Origin: an uncultured Gammaproteobacteria bacterium
Lineage (GTDB): Bacteria > Patescibacteriota > Microgenomatia > JAMCZE01
Direction of reading: 5' to 3'
DNA length: 64,000 nucleotides
NCBI GenBank assembly: GCA_964641255.1
Contig: CAZXMM010000001.1
Span: 246,973-310,972 of the forward strand
Below the pieces are notes generated by a model that worked only from the letters and a program-made list of their open reading frames with translations, ran no database searches and was not told the DNA's origin. The position numbers were made by a program, and so were the translations under genes. Of the stretch, positions 49,954-58,721 are shown in pieces; positions within the stretch are counted from its first letter, which is position 1, and every line of letters begins with the position of its first letter.

Positions 49954-50107
49954 AATAATCACTAGAAACATTATTATATTTTTAATTTTTTCGCAGGTAA
50001 ATGAGAAATTATCGTGAAGGATTTCTAGGCTACGTGATCCAGCTCCCCAGCTAGTGCTCGGGTAGTTTTTCCTTCTCTTTTTCCCACTTCTCTGCAGACT
50101 GACTCAT

Positions 50108-51646
50108 ATGTCCTTTTTTTCACGGATTACTAGAACCATTAATAAAAAGCCGAGTAGTTTCCAGGCGAAGAGGCCACCGGTTAACGAACCCAGCCTCAAA
50201 GTTACTAAAGCAGCTAAAGGAGGGGCCCCAACTCCTCAAGTTGATCAGGTAGAAGCGCAGCGACTTATTTTTGAAGCTCAAACTCAGGCTAGAGACATCG
50301 TCTTTAGTGCTAAAGAAGAAGCGATTAAGCTTAAGACTGCAGCTGAGCAGGAAAGTCGCCACTTAAGAGAAGAAGTAGTCGCGTTAGAAAAACGTATTGT
50401 TCAAAAAGAAGAGACACTTGATACACGTTTGAAAGCGACTCTCGCAAAAGAGGCGGAACTTACTACGCTGGGTGAAGAACTAGAAAAACTCAAACAAGAA
50501 CAACTAGTAAAGCTGCAAAAAATTGCCAATCTTTCCCTTGAGGAAGCCAAAGAAAAGATTCTTGCTGCAGTAGAGGAGAAAAGTCGTAACGAGGCTGGGA
50601 AAATTATTCGAGATGTTTTAGATGCAGCTAAAGTTGAAGCGGCCAAAAAAGCCAGAGAGATCCTGGTTTCCGAAATGTTGCATGGGGCGACTGATTACGT
50701 TGCTGAATACACCGTTTCCACAATTAATGTCGCTAGCGAAGAGGTCAAGGGACGGATCATTGGTAAGGAGGGACGCAATATTAGAGCGTTCGAGCAAGCG
50801 ACCGGAGTCGATGTCAACTTTGATGAAGAGGGAGTCATTAGGCTTTCTTGCTTTGATTCAGTAAGACGCGAAATCGCCCGAGTGGCTTTAGAGCGACTTA
50901 TTAAGGACTCTCGTATCCAGCCTAGCCGTATCGAAGAGGTGGTAAATCAAGTTAAAAAAGAAGTAGAACGGATCATGTTTGAAGAAGGGGAAAAGCTCTG
51001 TCATATGGTGGGTGTTTACAATCTTCCCAGGCCTATCATGGAGGTTTTGGGTAAATTTAAGTACCGTTTCTCCTATGGTCAAAATATGATTGTTCATACC
51101 CTCGAAGAGACCAAACTGGGTATTGCTCTTGCCCAAGAAGTAGGAGCTGATGTTAATGTGGTGAGACTGGGTTGTCTGCTTCATGACATTGGGAAAGTCA
51201 TTGAGTCAGAAGAGGGGTCTCATGTTACTCTCGGTGCGCAATATTTGCGCAAGATGGGACTACCCGAAAATGTCGTGGCGTGTGTTGAAGAGCACCATGA
51301 AGATAGACCTTTCTCTTCAGTGGAGTCCATGCTTGTTTATCTTGGTGACGCCATTTCTGGTAGCCGGCCAGGGGCCCGCTACGAGGATGTGGGAAAATAT
51401 CTGGAGCGCATGAAGCAGCTCGAAGATCTTTGCCGCAGTTTTGACGGAGTCAATGAGGCTTGGGTATTCCAAGCCGGTCGCGAAATTAGGGTCCTAACGA
51501 GTCCTGAAAAGATGACTGACAACGAGACGGCAGTTCTAGCACAGAAGATTCGGGAAAAGATCGAACTAGAAGTCAAAGATTTTCCTGGTCAGATAAAAGT
51601 GACTGTCATTCGTGAGCTTCGAGTCACTCAAACGACTCGGAGTTAG
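50108..51646 (+). CDS. rny: Ribonuclease Y
   Basis: Coiled coil, KH domain GRIIGKEGRNIR, HD domain LHDIGK, QAGREIRV. Confidence 0.97.
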   Translation: MSFFSRITRTINKKPSSFQAKRPPVNEPSLKVTKAAKGGAPTPQVDQVEAQRLIFEAQTQARDIVFSAKEEAIKLKTAAEQESRHLREEVVALEKRIVQKEETLDTRLKATLAKEAELTTLGEELEKLKQEQLVKLQKIANLSLEEAKEKILAAVEEKSRNEAGKIIRDVLDAAKVEAAKKAREILVSEMLHGATDYVAEYTVSTINVASEEVKGRIIGKEGRNIRAFEQATGVDVNFDEEGVIRLSCFDSVRREIARVALERLIKDSRIQPSRIEEVVNQVKKEVERIMFEEGEKLCHMVGVYNLPRPIMEVLGKFKYRFSYGQNMIVHTLEETKLGIALAQEVGADVNVVRLGCLLHDIGKVIESEEGSHVTLGAQYLRKMGLPENVVACVEEHHEDRPFSSVESMLVYLGDAISGSRPGARYEDVGKYLERMKQLEDLCRSFDGVNEAWVFQAGREIRVLTSPEKMTDNETAVLAQKIREKIELEVKDFPGQIKVTVIRELRVTQTTRS

Positions 51647-51659
51647 TTTTTAAAACCCT

Positions 51660-52541
51660 ATGCGCATTCTTGGGAAAAAAATCGCTTTGGTTTTTAGTGT
51701 GGTTTTATTACTTATCTTGAGTGTTTTTGTTGTCAAACTTTCATTTTTTGATAAAGAGCCAACACTAGCGGCGATACAGGTTGACTCGTTCCCCAGGGCT
51801 GAAGTTCTCATAAACGGCCGTAAAGTAGGGACTACCCCGTACACTCAAGAAAAAATGACGGTGGGAGAATATCATGTTCGGTTAATTCCCATTGGCAGCG
51901 GTGGGACTTTTTACATCTGGGAAGGAAAAGTACCACTGTTTGGCGGGGGACTTACTTACATCAGTCGTGATTTAGGCAGCACTCCTAGTAACGGTGCTGG
52001 TCAAATGCTTTACCAGCGGCGGGGAGTAAACTCTTCGACGGGCGAACTAATCGTGGTCTCTACTCCGGATGGGGCACAGGTGGCGGTTGATGGGATAGTC
52101 AAAGGTAAAGCTTCAACGATAATTAAAAACCTTGACCGAGGCAATCACGACATCACTATCACGTTGACCGGTTTTGCCGACCAGATAGTGCCAGCTAAGA
52201 TCGAGCCCGGTTACCGCTTACATGTTTTTGTTGATCTGGCCCCCCTCCAGCTTGATTTTTTAGCTGCTGACGGTTCAGCCTCAGCTAGGCCTACAGCTGA
52301 TTTGCTTGACCCGTCTATTGCTACCTCTGGTGGTCTAGTTAAACCGTACGTAGTAATACTGGATACCCCACTGGGATTTCTTAGGCTTCGAAAGGACCCC
52401 TTCATCACTAGTCCGGAAATTGGCCAGGTGCTTCCCAAGGAACAGTTTCCACTTTTAAATGAGGAGTCTGGTTGGGTAAGGATTAAGCGGGCGAGTGATT
52501 CTGGTTGGGTGAGTGATCAATATGTAGAAGTGATCAAGTAG
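51660..52541 (+). CDS. Exported PEGA + SH3b domain protein
   Basis: N-terminal TM, two S.P.GA.V..DG/NG...G repeats, C-terminal LRLR..P...W.......GWVS..Y. Confidence 0.8.
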   Translation: MRILGKKIALVFSVVLLLILSVFVVKLSFFDKEPTLAAIQVDSFPRAEVLINGRKVGTTPYTQEKMTVGEYHVRLIPIGSGGTFYIWEGKVPLFGGGLTYISRDLGSTPSNGAGQMLYQRRGVNSSTGELIVVSTPDGAQVAVDGIVKGKASTIIKNLDRGNHDITITLTGFADQIVPAKIEPGYRLHVFVDLAPLQLDFLAADGSASARPTADLLDPSIATSGGLVKPYVVILDTPLGFLRLRKDPFITSPEIGQVLPKEQFPLLNEESGWVRIKRASDSGWVSDQYVEVIK

Positions 52542-52568
52542 GTAGGAAGAAGACGGGGAGGCTGCTAA

Positions 52569-53519
52569 CTACTTTCCAATCACGTACACAATGAGAAACA
52601 GAGCCACACCCAAGACCAACGCGGTAATGACTAGGGGTCTATCACTCAGGAGTACTTTCTCGGGAGACTCGCCCTCATTTTTCTCATAGATCAGTTGCAG
52701 GTAACGCATAATGCCGTAAATGACTATAGGAATTGTAAGCATCAGCCATTTACGTTCCTGAAAAAGATAGAGGGTACTTTCATCAAAGAGTAGATCGCCG
52801 ATAGTTTTTCTCAGAACTGGAGGTTGTTGCAGGAAACTGTAAAAAGCGTAAGTTAACCAAGTAGAATTAGCAAACATCGAGATATAGACGTCTAGCATTT
52901 TTTCACTATAGTGATTAAGAGTAGTTCGCGTTTTTGAAGGGATAGCTCCGTGCCAACCAGAGAGGAGAGTTAATTCCGAGCGGCGTTTGCCAATGGCAAT
53001 GAAAAGTGCTCCGGAAATGACGGTGTAGAACAGCCAGATATCGATATGATAGCCAGTGGCCACTTCTCCCGCGAAGACTCTCAGCAGAAATCCGGCGGCA
53101 ATAGCAAAAATATCTAAGAGAATGATATTTTTGAGATAGAAGGAATAAGAGACCTGGAGGGCAAAATAAACAAGGACAATGATCACAAACGATGACGAAA
53201 CTAATGTTCCCAAAAAAAGGGCCAGTGCAGTCAGAATAACGGTAGCTAAAATTCCGGTCCGGCGGGATAGTTTCCCTGACGCTAGTGGCCGATTTTTTTT
53301 AAAGGGATGGAGTCGGTCCTTATCAATATCAGCCAGGTCGTTAACAATGTAAATTGCTGATGAAGTGGCACAAAAGGAAAGGAAGGCCAAGATAGTACTT
53401 CCCAGGAGAGTAAGATCAAGGAGTTGGCCGCTGAAAAAAATTGCCGCGAAAACTGCCCCATTCTTTATCCATTGCCGCGGTCTAATTTCTTTAAAAAGGT
53501 AGAAGAGTGTTTGAGCCAT
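52569..53519 (-). CDS. UbiA-family decaprenyl-phosphate phosphoribosyltransferase-like protein
   Basis: RPRQWIKN, NDLAD..KDR.HP.K..RPLASG, KRRSEL, G..RY. Confidence 0.9.
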   Translation of the reverse strand: MAQTLFYLFKEIRPRQWIKNGAVFAAIFFSGQLLDLTLLGSTILAFLSFCATSSAIYIVNDLADIDKDRLHPFKKNRPLASGKLSRRTGILATVILTALALFLGTLVSSSFVIIVLVYFALQVSYSFYLKNIILLDIFAIAAGFLLRVFAGEVATGYHIDIWLFYTVISGALFIAIGKRRSELTLLSGWHGAIPSKTRTTLNHYSEKMLDVYISMFANSTWLTYAFYSFLQQPPVLRKTIGDLLFDESTLYLFQERKWLMLTIPIVIYGIMRYLQLIYEKNEGESPEKVLLSDRPLVITALVLGVALFLIVYVIGK

Positions 53520-54580
53520 AATATCAGGGCGACCACCGCGACCGCAACGACAACAATGGCAAAGAATTTTTGCGTTGCGTTCACCGAGAGTGCGATCACT
53601 GCTAATATAGCAGATACTCCCCAGTAGAACAAGGCAATATGAGCTTTACTGACTCCAACTGCCAATAGTCGGTGATGGAGAAAACTTCTTGTCCCTAGGG
53701 TAGGATTCTTACCTTGGAGAATTTGCCCGAGTTTAACGTAGAGCGAATCAACGATAGGTATACCAAGGACCAAGATTGCCGTGCCAATTTTGGCAGTGGA
53801 TAATATGGCTAGGGTTGCCAGTAAATAACCGGCTAAGGACTTGCCTCCATAGCCAGGCATGATTTTTTGGGGAAAAAAGTTCCAGGGCATAAAGCCGAAA
53901 TAGATTCCCGCAGTGATGAAGGCTAAAGTTGTACCGGTCCAAGCAGGAAAGTTGGCGATAGAGATTTGGGTAAAGGAGAGGAGCCCAATGGTAAAGGCGG
54001 CTATAGTGACGAACCCAGGTAGTTGGCCGTCAACTCCCCCACTCCAGCCGACCATGTTCATGGTCCAGCTGATCCAGAGAATAGCTATTAAGTCAGCAAT
54101 CGGTAAAATGCTGTGTTCTCCCATAAAGACAAAAGTCCACCGGATACTATCGAGATGGATAACTCCACCGGTTAGGGGATTAGTGATAAACGGTATCCCA
54201 GCCCCTCCAGCTACTGCGAGGCTAGCGGCAATGATATTGGTGGCTAGTCGAAGATAGGGGTGGACATCGTGGTAGTCATCAATTAATCCAACAATAGCCA
54301 GAATAAGGGCCCCGAGCAAAATTCCCGCCAGTTCCTTAGTAATGGGAATAAAAATTAAACAGGTGACAACTAGCCCGGAGATAAGTGCCAATCCTCCCGC
54401 TCGAGGAACAACCCGAGTTTCTGTGTGTGCTGGATGGGGTCTAATGGCTGGGTCGTCGACGAGTCGGAAATACTTGGCGATTTCGATAACCGCCGGTAGT
54501 GTTATGGTGGTGATTAGTGCAGCTACTACAAAAGGTATCAAAGCTATGTTGCGAAAAATTGGGAAAATTAGCTCAAACAT
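53465..54580 (-). CDS. MraY/WecA/TagO-family polyprenyl-phosphate HexNAc-1-P transferase
   Basis: PRAGGLA, GLIDD, GVDG, NFFP.KI, LHHRLL. Confidence 0.88.
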   Translation of the reverse strand: MFELIFPIFRNIALIPFVVAALITTITLPAVIEIAKYFRLVDDPAIRPHPAHTETRVVPRAGGLALISGLVVTCLIFIPITKELAGILLGALILAIVGLIDDYHDVHPYLRLATNIIAASLAVAGGAGIPFITNPLTGGVIHLDSIRWTFVFMGEHSILPIADLIAILWISWTMNMVGWSGGVDGQLPGFVTIAAFTIGLLSFTQISIANFPAWTGTTLAFITAGIYFGFMPWNFFPQKIMPGYGGKSLAGYLLATLAILSTAKIGTAILVLGIPIVDSLYVKLGQILQGKNPTLGTRSFLHHRLLAVGVSKAHIALFYWGVSAILAVIALSVNATQKFFAIVVVAVAVVALILWLKHSSTFLKKLDRGNG

Positions 54581-55035
54581 TAACTCATTAAGTTAACAAT
54601 TCTAAACGTGGTGATAGCGGCTAAAATGGCGACTAACGAGGCGATGCCCACCAAAATATAGGCAGCGATTTTATCTCGGCTATGTAATGACGTAGCCAGT
54701 CCAAAGTTTATAAGTCCAATAGTCAGGGCTCCGCCAAGAGGAAGATAAATTAATTGATTTCTGGCCACCTGCAGTTCTCCCCAGGGCCGGCTGTAAAAAA
54801 GGGGAATTTCCAGGGGGAGATTGGTTTGGGCGAGAGCTGTAAAGATAACTACTGTTGCTAGAGGGAGAATCCAGCCAACAAAGGCACTGATCATTAACCG
54901 ATCTTTAGTAGCGCTTTCTGACCAACTGGAAAATCGCTCTCGCGTCTTATTGAGAGAGTAAAATTGTTTAGGTATCTCCGTTTTGGGAGTAATGATTTCG
55001 AACCGGAAAGTGTCTTTTCGATTGGAAGTGGCCAT
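54580..55035 (-). CDS. Small membrane protein (DUF1648-like)
   Basis: Three hydrophobic segments and LP..IPLFYSRPWG. Confidence 0.6.
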   Translation of the reverse strand: MATSNRKDTFRFEIITPKTEIPKQFYSLNKTRERFSSWSESATKDRLMISAFVGWILPLATVVIFTALAQTNLPLEIPLFYSRPWGELQVARNQLIYLPLGGALTIGLINFGLATSLHSRDKIAAYILVGIASLVAILAAITTFRIVNLMS

Positions 55036-55041
55036 AGTGCT

Positions 55042-57192
55042 TTAGTCCAATTTACCGTAAATTCGCCGAATCCCGGCAGCCACAGATTCCTCTTTAATTA
55101 TATGAAACTTCCCCATATGTAAGGTATATTCAACGTGAGGGCCACCGCAAATTTCTCTACTCACTACATTACCACCACTATCGCTAAAGGTGTAAACCGT
55201 GACTTTGTCAGGATACCTTTCTTTAAAGAAAGCCAGCGCTCCCTTTTTAAGAGCCTCATTGTAGTCCATTGTTTCAACGGTGCGAACGAGATTTTTCTCA
55301 ATTTGCTCATTCACAAAATCCTCCACTGCTTTTACTTGTTCAGGCGTTAGTTTTTCTCCATGAGAGAAGTCAAAACGAAGCCGCTCGGCAGTAAGATTGG
55401 ACCCTTCTTGACGAATGTGGGGTCCCAGCACTTTCCTTAGTCCAGCTTGCAAAAGGTGAGTAGCACTGTGGTACCTAGTAACAATTTCGGAATGATCAGC
55501 TAGCCCTCCTTTAAATTTACCTTCAGTGGCTGATCTTGAAAGAAGTCGATGTTCATTAATCAGTTTTTCTAATCCGGCAGTATCAATGGCCAATCCTTTA
55601 TCATTCATTATTTCTTGAAGTATTTCGATAGGTACTCCATAAGTTGTTATAAATTTAAATGCCCAATATGAATTGAGCGTAATTTTATGATATCGAAAGC
55701 TGTTGATAAGTTCACGAAATCTTGTTTCATCATCTTTTGAAATTATAATTGGTTTTTTTATCTCTTCGAGATTGGTTGAGTAGGGTTTCCCTCCGTTTTT
55801 CGTATATAGCTGGTACAATTCTATTAGACGGTCACGTTGTTCCTCCACAATAAAAGTGTTAATGACGCCCTCTTTAGTGGCAAGTAACGAAAGATTGGAA
55901 AAAAAGGAATTTTTTGTCAGAAAATCGACTGTTTTTTGAACTTCGTATACTTCTTCGATTTCCTTCATTATCACTGAGGGAATATCTTTTGGAGTTTTAT
56001 TTATTGCCGCGATTAGAGGAGTGATTTTTTCAATTTCGTTCATGCCTTTGGCTAATGAATTCCTGAACTTATCTTCTTCCTCCCTTAATATATTTTTAAT
56101 CAGTTCTTGGTTATTAAGTAACTCAGGATACACGACTTTGTAAATAGCAATATTGCTGTCGGCAATAATTGGAGTGAATGAGTCTTGAATTTGTAGCTCT
56201 CTTGCAAAACGGATCGAACGCCTGATTAGTCTTCGTAAAATGTAGCCACGGTCCACGTTAGAGGGTCTTACGCCTTCTGAAATAAGAAATACTGATGATT
56301 TAATATGGTCGGCAATAACACGAAACATAAGGGTGACTCTTTCATCTTTACCATATTTTTTACCAGATATTCTTTCTAACTCTTGAATGTTTTTATAGTG
56401 GATGTCAGTGAGATAGAAATCCGGATTGTCATTTAAGACAGATAGGGTTCGTTCAAATCCACCACCAAAGTCAACATTTTTCTGAGAGAGTTCGGTCAAA
56501 TCTCCGTTTTCTTGTTTTTGATATTGTATGAAGACTGAATTACCAATTTCTAAAAACCTACCACAGTCACAATTAGGATGACATTCGTCATTAGAGAACT
56601 TTGACGTTTCATGTATCTTTCTATCTTGGCCAAAGTCATAAAAAACTTCTGAATCAGGACCACCTATTTCTCCTACGGGCATTTCCGATGGGGTTCCACT
56701 TCTAGACCACCAATTTTTTCTAAAATCATAATAATGAATCCGATTTTCTGGGATTCCTAGAGATTTCCATATTTTTTCGGATTCCTCATCTTTTGGAACG
56801 CTAGCGCTCCCTTTGAAACAAGATACATGCAACTTCTTTAAGGGGATACTGAGGACTTTAGTCAAATACTCTAGATACCAACTGAGTTGTTCATTTTTAA
56901 AATAATCTCCTAACGACCAGTTACCATACATTTCGAAAAAAGTATCATGGCGATTGTCTCCCACCTCTTCAATGTCTTGTCCTCGGAAGCATTTCTGAAT
57001 ATCTACCAGTCTAGTGCCTAGCGGATGGGGTTGGCCAAGAAGATACGGAATCAAAGGCTGCATGCCCGAGCCGGTAAAAAGTGTGGTAGGGTCGTTGTCA
57101 GGAACCAGTGAACTCGAATGAATATGCACGTGGTTTCTGGGGGCCTCCTGCCAAAACTTGAAATATTTATCGCGCAATTCTAAATGTGTCAT
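55042..57192 (-). CDS. alaS: Alanyl-tRNA synthetase, lacking the C-Ala domain, with an internal insertion
   Basis: LFT.SGMQP, H.TFFEM.GNWS.GDYFK, RGYILRRLIRR, editing motifs HSATH and CGGPH, AAGIRRI at the very end. Confidence 0.97.
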   Translation of the reverse strand: MTHLELRDKYFKFWQEAPRNHVHIHSSSLVPDNDPTTLFTGSGMQPLIPYLLGQPHPLGTRLVDIQKCFRGQDIEEVGDNRHDTFFEMYGNWSLGDYFKNEQLSWYLEYLTKVLSIPLKKLHVSCFKGSASVPKDEESEKIWKSLGIPENRIHYYDFRKNWWSRSGTPSEMPVGEIGGPDSEVFYDFGQDRKIHETSKFSNDECHPNCDCGRFLEIGNSVFIQYQKQENGDLTELSQKNVDFGGGFERTLSVLNDNPDFYLTDIHYKNIQELERISGKKYGKDERVTLMFRVIADHIKSSVFLISEGVRPSNVDRGYILRRLIRRSIRFARELQIQDSFTPIIADSNIAIYKVVYPELLNNQELIKNILREEEDKFRNSLAKGMNEIEKITPLIAAINKTPKDIPSVIMKEIEEVYEVQKTVDFLTKNSFFSNLSLLATKEGVINTFIVEEQRDRLIELYQLYTKNGGKPYSTNLEEIKKPIIISKDDETRFRELINSFRYHKITLNSYWAFKFITTYGVPIEILQEIMNDKGLAIDTAGLEKLINEHRLLSRSATEGKFKGGLADHSEIVTRYHSATHLLQAGLRKVLGPHIRQEGSNLTAERLRFDFSHGEKLTPEQVKAVEDFVNEQIEKNLVRTVETMDYNEALKKGALAFFKERYPDKVTVYTFSDSGGNVVSREICGGPHVEYTLHMGKFHIIKEESVAAGIRRIYGKLD

Positions 57193-57198
57193 ACCAAC

Positions 57199-57388
57199 AA
57201 AAAAACTCGTCTGTGTAACCAAATACTCACTTTGGGTTACAAGGACGAGTCAAACTCGTGGTACCACCTTGTTTTACCCTCCAAAGCCTTGGCGACGGAG
57301 GGCCTCTCTTGTCTAATTTATACAGTAGACCTCTGTAAAGCTCCCGGGGTGGCCTTTCCTGACAGGAATTCTTCCCGATCAACGCTCA
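57199..57388 (-). ncRNA. T-box riboswitch (Ala, transcriptional) with truncated Stem I
   Basis: Antiterminator AAGG-UGGUACC-ACGAG...CUCGU-CCUU (57270-57241), overlapping terminator plus U7, kink-turn GA motif, GCC specifier at 57353-57351. Confidence 0.88.
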
Positions 57389-57394
57389 CCCTGT

Positions 57395-57423
57395 ATTGTA
57401 CGCCCCCTGGGACCCGTGGTCAA
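57395..57423 (-). promoter_or_regulatory. alaS promoter
   Basis: TTGACC-17 nt-TACAAT on the minus strand. Confidence 0.8.
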
Positions 57424-57424
57424 A

Positions 57425-57778
57425 TTATTTTGTTTTTTTACTGCTTGCCACCACCCGGGCTTTTTTGAGGGGGATAGTCTCAATCTGAGGGGGGAGGATT
57501 TTACCTTCCTGTACGTCAGTTGGCCTCGTTTGGGGAGCGGTAGCCTCTGAGATCAGCAGTTTGACGTCATCAAGGAGACTTGCTGGCAGGTCCTGCAAAA
57601 GACCTTTTGAGTTTTGCACCATATCATCGACGGTAGTAAAGACTCCGGGGAGCTTGTTACGCAAATCCCTGCGCACCTTTTTACCTTCTTCCGTTCCAAA
57701 AAGAAATGCGGCGGCAACACCAAGAGTAGCACCGGCAATTATTCCGCCTAACAGTGGGAGCCGTTTGTCTATTGCCAT
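57425..57778 (-). CDS. YtxH-like protein
   Basis: G.I.GA.LG..AA.LF....GK..R. Confidence 0.7.
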   Translation of the reverse strand: MAIDKRLPLLGGIIAGATLGVAAAFLFGTEEGKKVRRDLRNKLPGVFTTVDDMVQNSKGLLQDLPASLLDDVKLLISEATAPQTRPTDVQEGKILPPQIETIPLKKARVVASSKKTK

Positions 57779-57788
57779 AGGAGAAAGC

Positions 57789-58040
57789 CTACTTCTTATC
57801 TTTGGTAAGTAGCTTGATAATACTAGACCAGCCCTTTACTCCTGTTAGCATCGTTGAGATCATGCTGACTGGTTTACTGACCGATTCTGAGATTACTCCG
57901 GTATCATCTAAAACCTTGTTGGTTTTTGCTAAAGTAAGTCGGAACTCTTTGAGAACAAAATAAAGTTGCGTCGCCACCACTCCTAACATAATAGTAATTG
58001 CTACTAGAGCTGCAATAAAGATAACCTGAGTTAGATCCAT
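57789..58040 (-). CDS. DUF948/YoxC-like small membrane protein
   Basis: N-terminal TM followed by a coiled coil; adjacent to the YtxH-like gene. Start could be 58040 or 58055. Confidence 0.6.
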   Translation of the reverse strand: MDLTQVIFIAALVAITIMLGVVATQLYFVLKEFRLTLAKTNKVLDDTGVISESVSKPVSMISTMLTGVKGWSSIIKLLTKDKK

Positions 58041-58088
58041 ACTTGTTTCCAGCATAGTCTAAACAGAGCTTGAATGCAACCTTCAGAG

Positions 58089-58721
58089 CTACTGTTCCAG
58101 CCGAACTGTTCGTATAACAGTTGACTGCTTCTTAAATTTATTGGTGGCGACGATTTTTAGAGTGTTAATTCCTCGGCGAAGCGTCAGCTTCTGGCTAAAT
58201 GTTCCAGCTTCATTGACTCCGACCACTTCGTCATTAATTGTTAAGGCGGCTTCTGGATCAATTTTCCCCTTTATCTCTATAACTTCAGCTTTGGTAACGG
58301 TATTATTTTGCGGGGAGTCAACGTTTAAAACGGGTGCTCCTGCAAACTTAACGTAGGAATAGACCAAATAACCGAAGAAAAGTAGGAGAAGAATTGCTAT
58401 TGACGTAGAGGCGAAGAGTTGGGGGGTAAGGCTAAACGTAGGTTTTATTCTATCTTTTCTAGTGGGACTTAAAACCTCCGGTTGTTCGATTGTTGTTTGC
58501 CTTCGGTAAAAAGCTAAAGCGTCTTCCGGGGAGATTCCCAGAAATGTAGCGTAGTTTTTAATGAAACCGCGAACGAATGCACCCGGCGGCATGCTGGCAA
58601 AGTCGTTTTTTTCAATAGCCTCCAGAAATTTAGCTCTGATTTTAATGGCTACCTCTACCTGGGTAATTGACAGGTGTTTTTTTTCCCGAGCCAAGCGCAG
58701 AATTTCACCAACAGTGGTCAT
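58089..58721 (-). CDS. RodZ-like HTH-TM-Ig-like protein
   Basis: VGEILRLARE, KIRAKFLEAIE, RGFIKNYA.FLG; TM helix; beta-rich C-terminal domain. Confidence 0.8.
   Translation of the reverse strand: MTTVGEILRLAREKKHLSITQVEVAIKIRAKFLEAIEKNDFASMPPGAFVRGFIKNYATFLGISPEDALAFYRRQTTIEQPEVLSPTRKDRIKPTFSLTPQLFASTSIAILLLLFFGYLVYSYVKFAGAPVLNVDSPQNNTVTKAEVIEIKGKIDPEAALTINDEVVGVNEAGTFSQKLTLRRGINTLKIVATNKFKKQSTVIRTVRLEQ

Noticed and set aside
52542-52568. Replication terminus at the switch from plus- to minus-strand genes
   Set aside because: A convergent operon boundary explains it; I saw no dif-like site and could not compute GC skew.
55684-56025. Intein or intron in alaS
   Set aside because: No N-terminal Cys/Ser, no His-Asn terminus, no homing-endonuclease motif, and the frame is uninterrupted.
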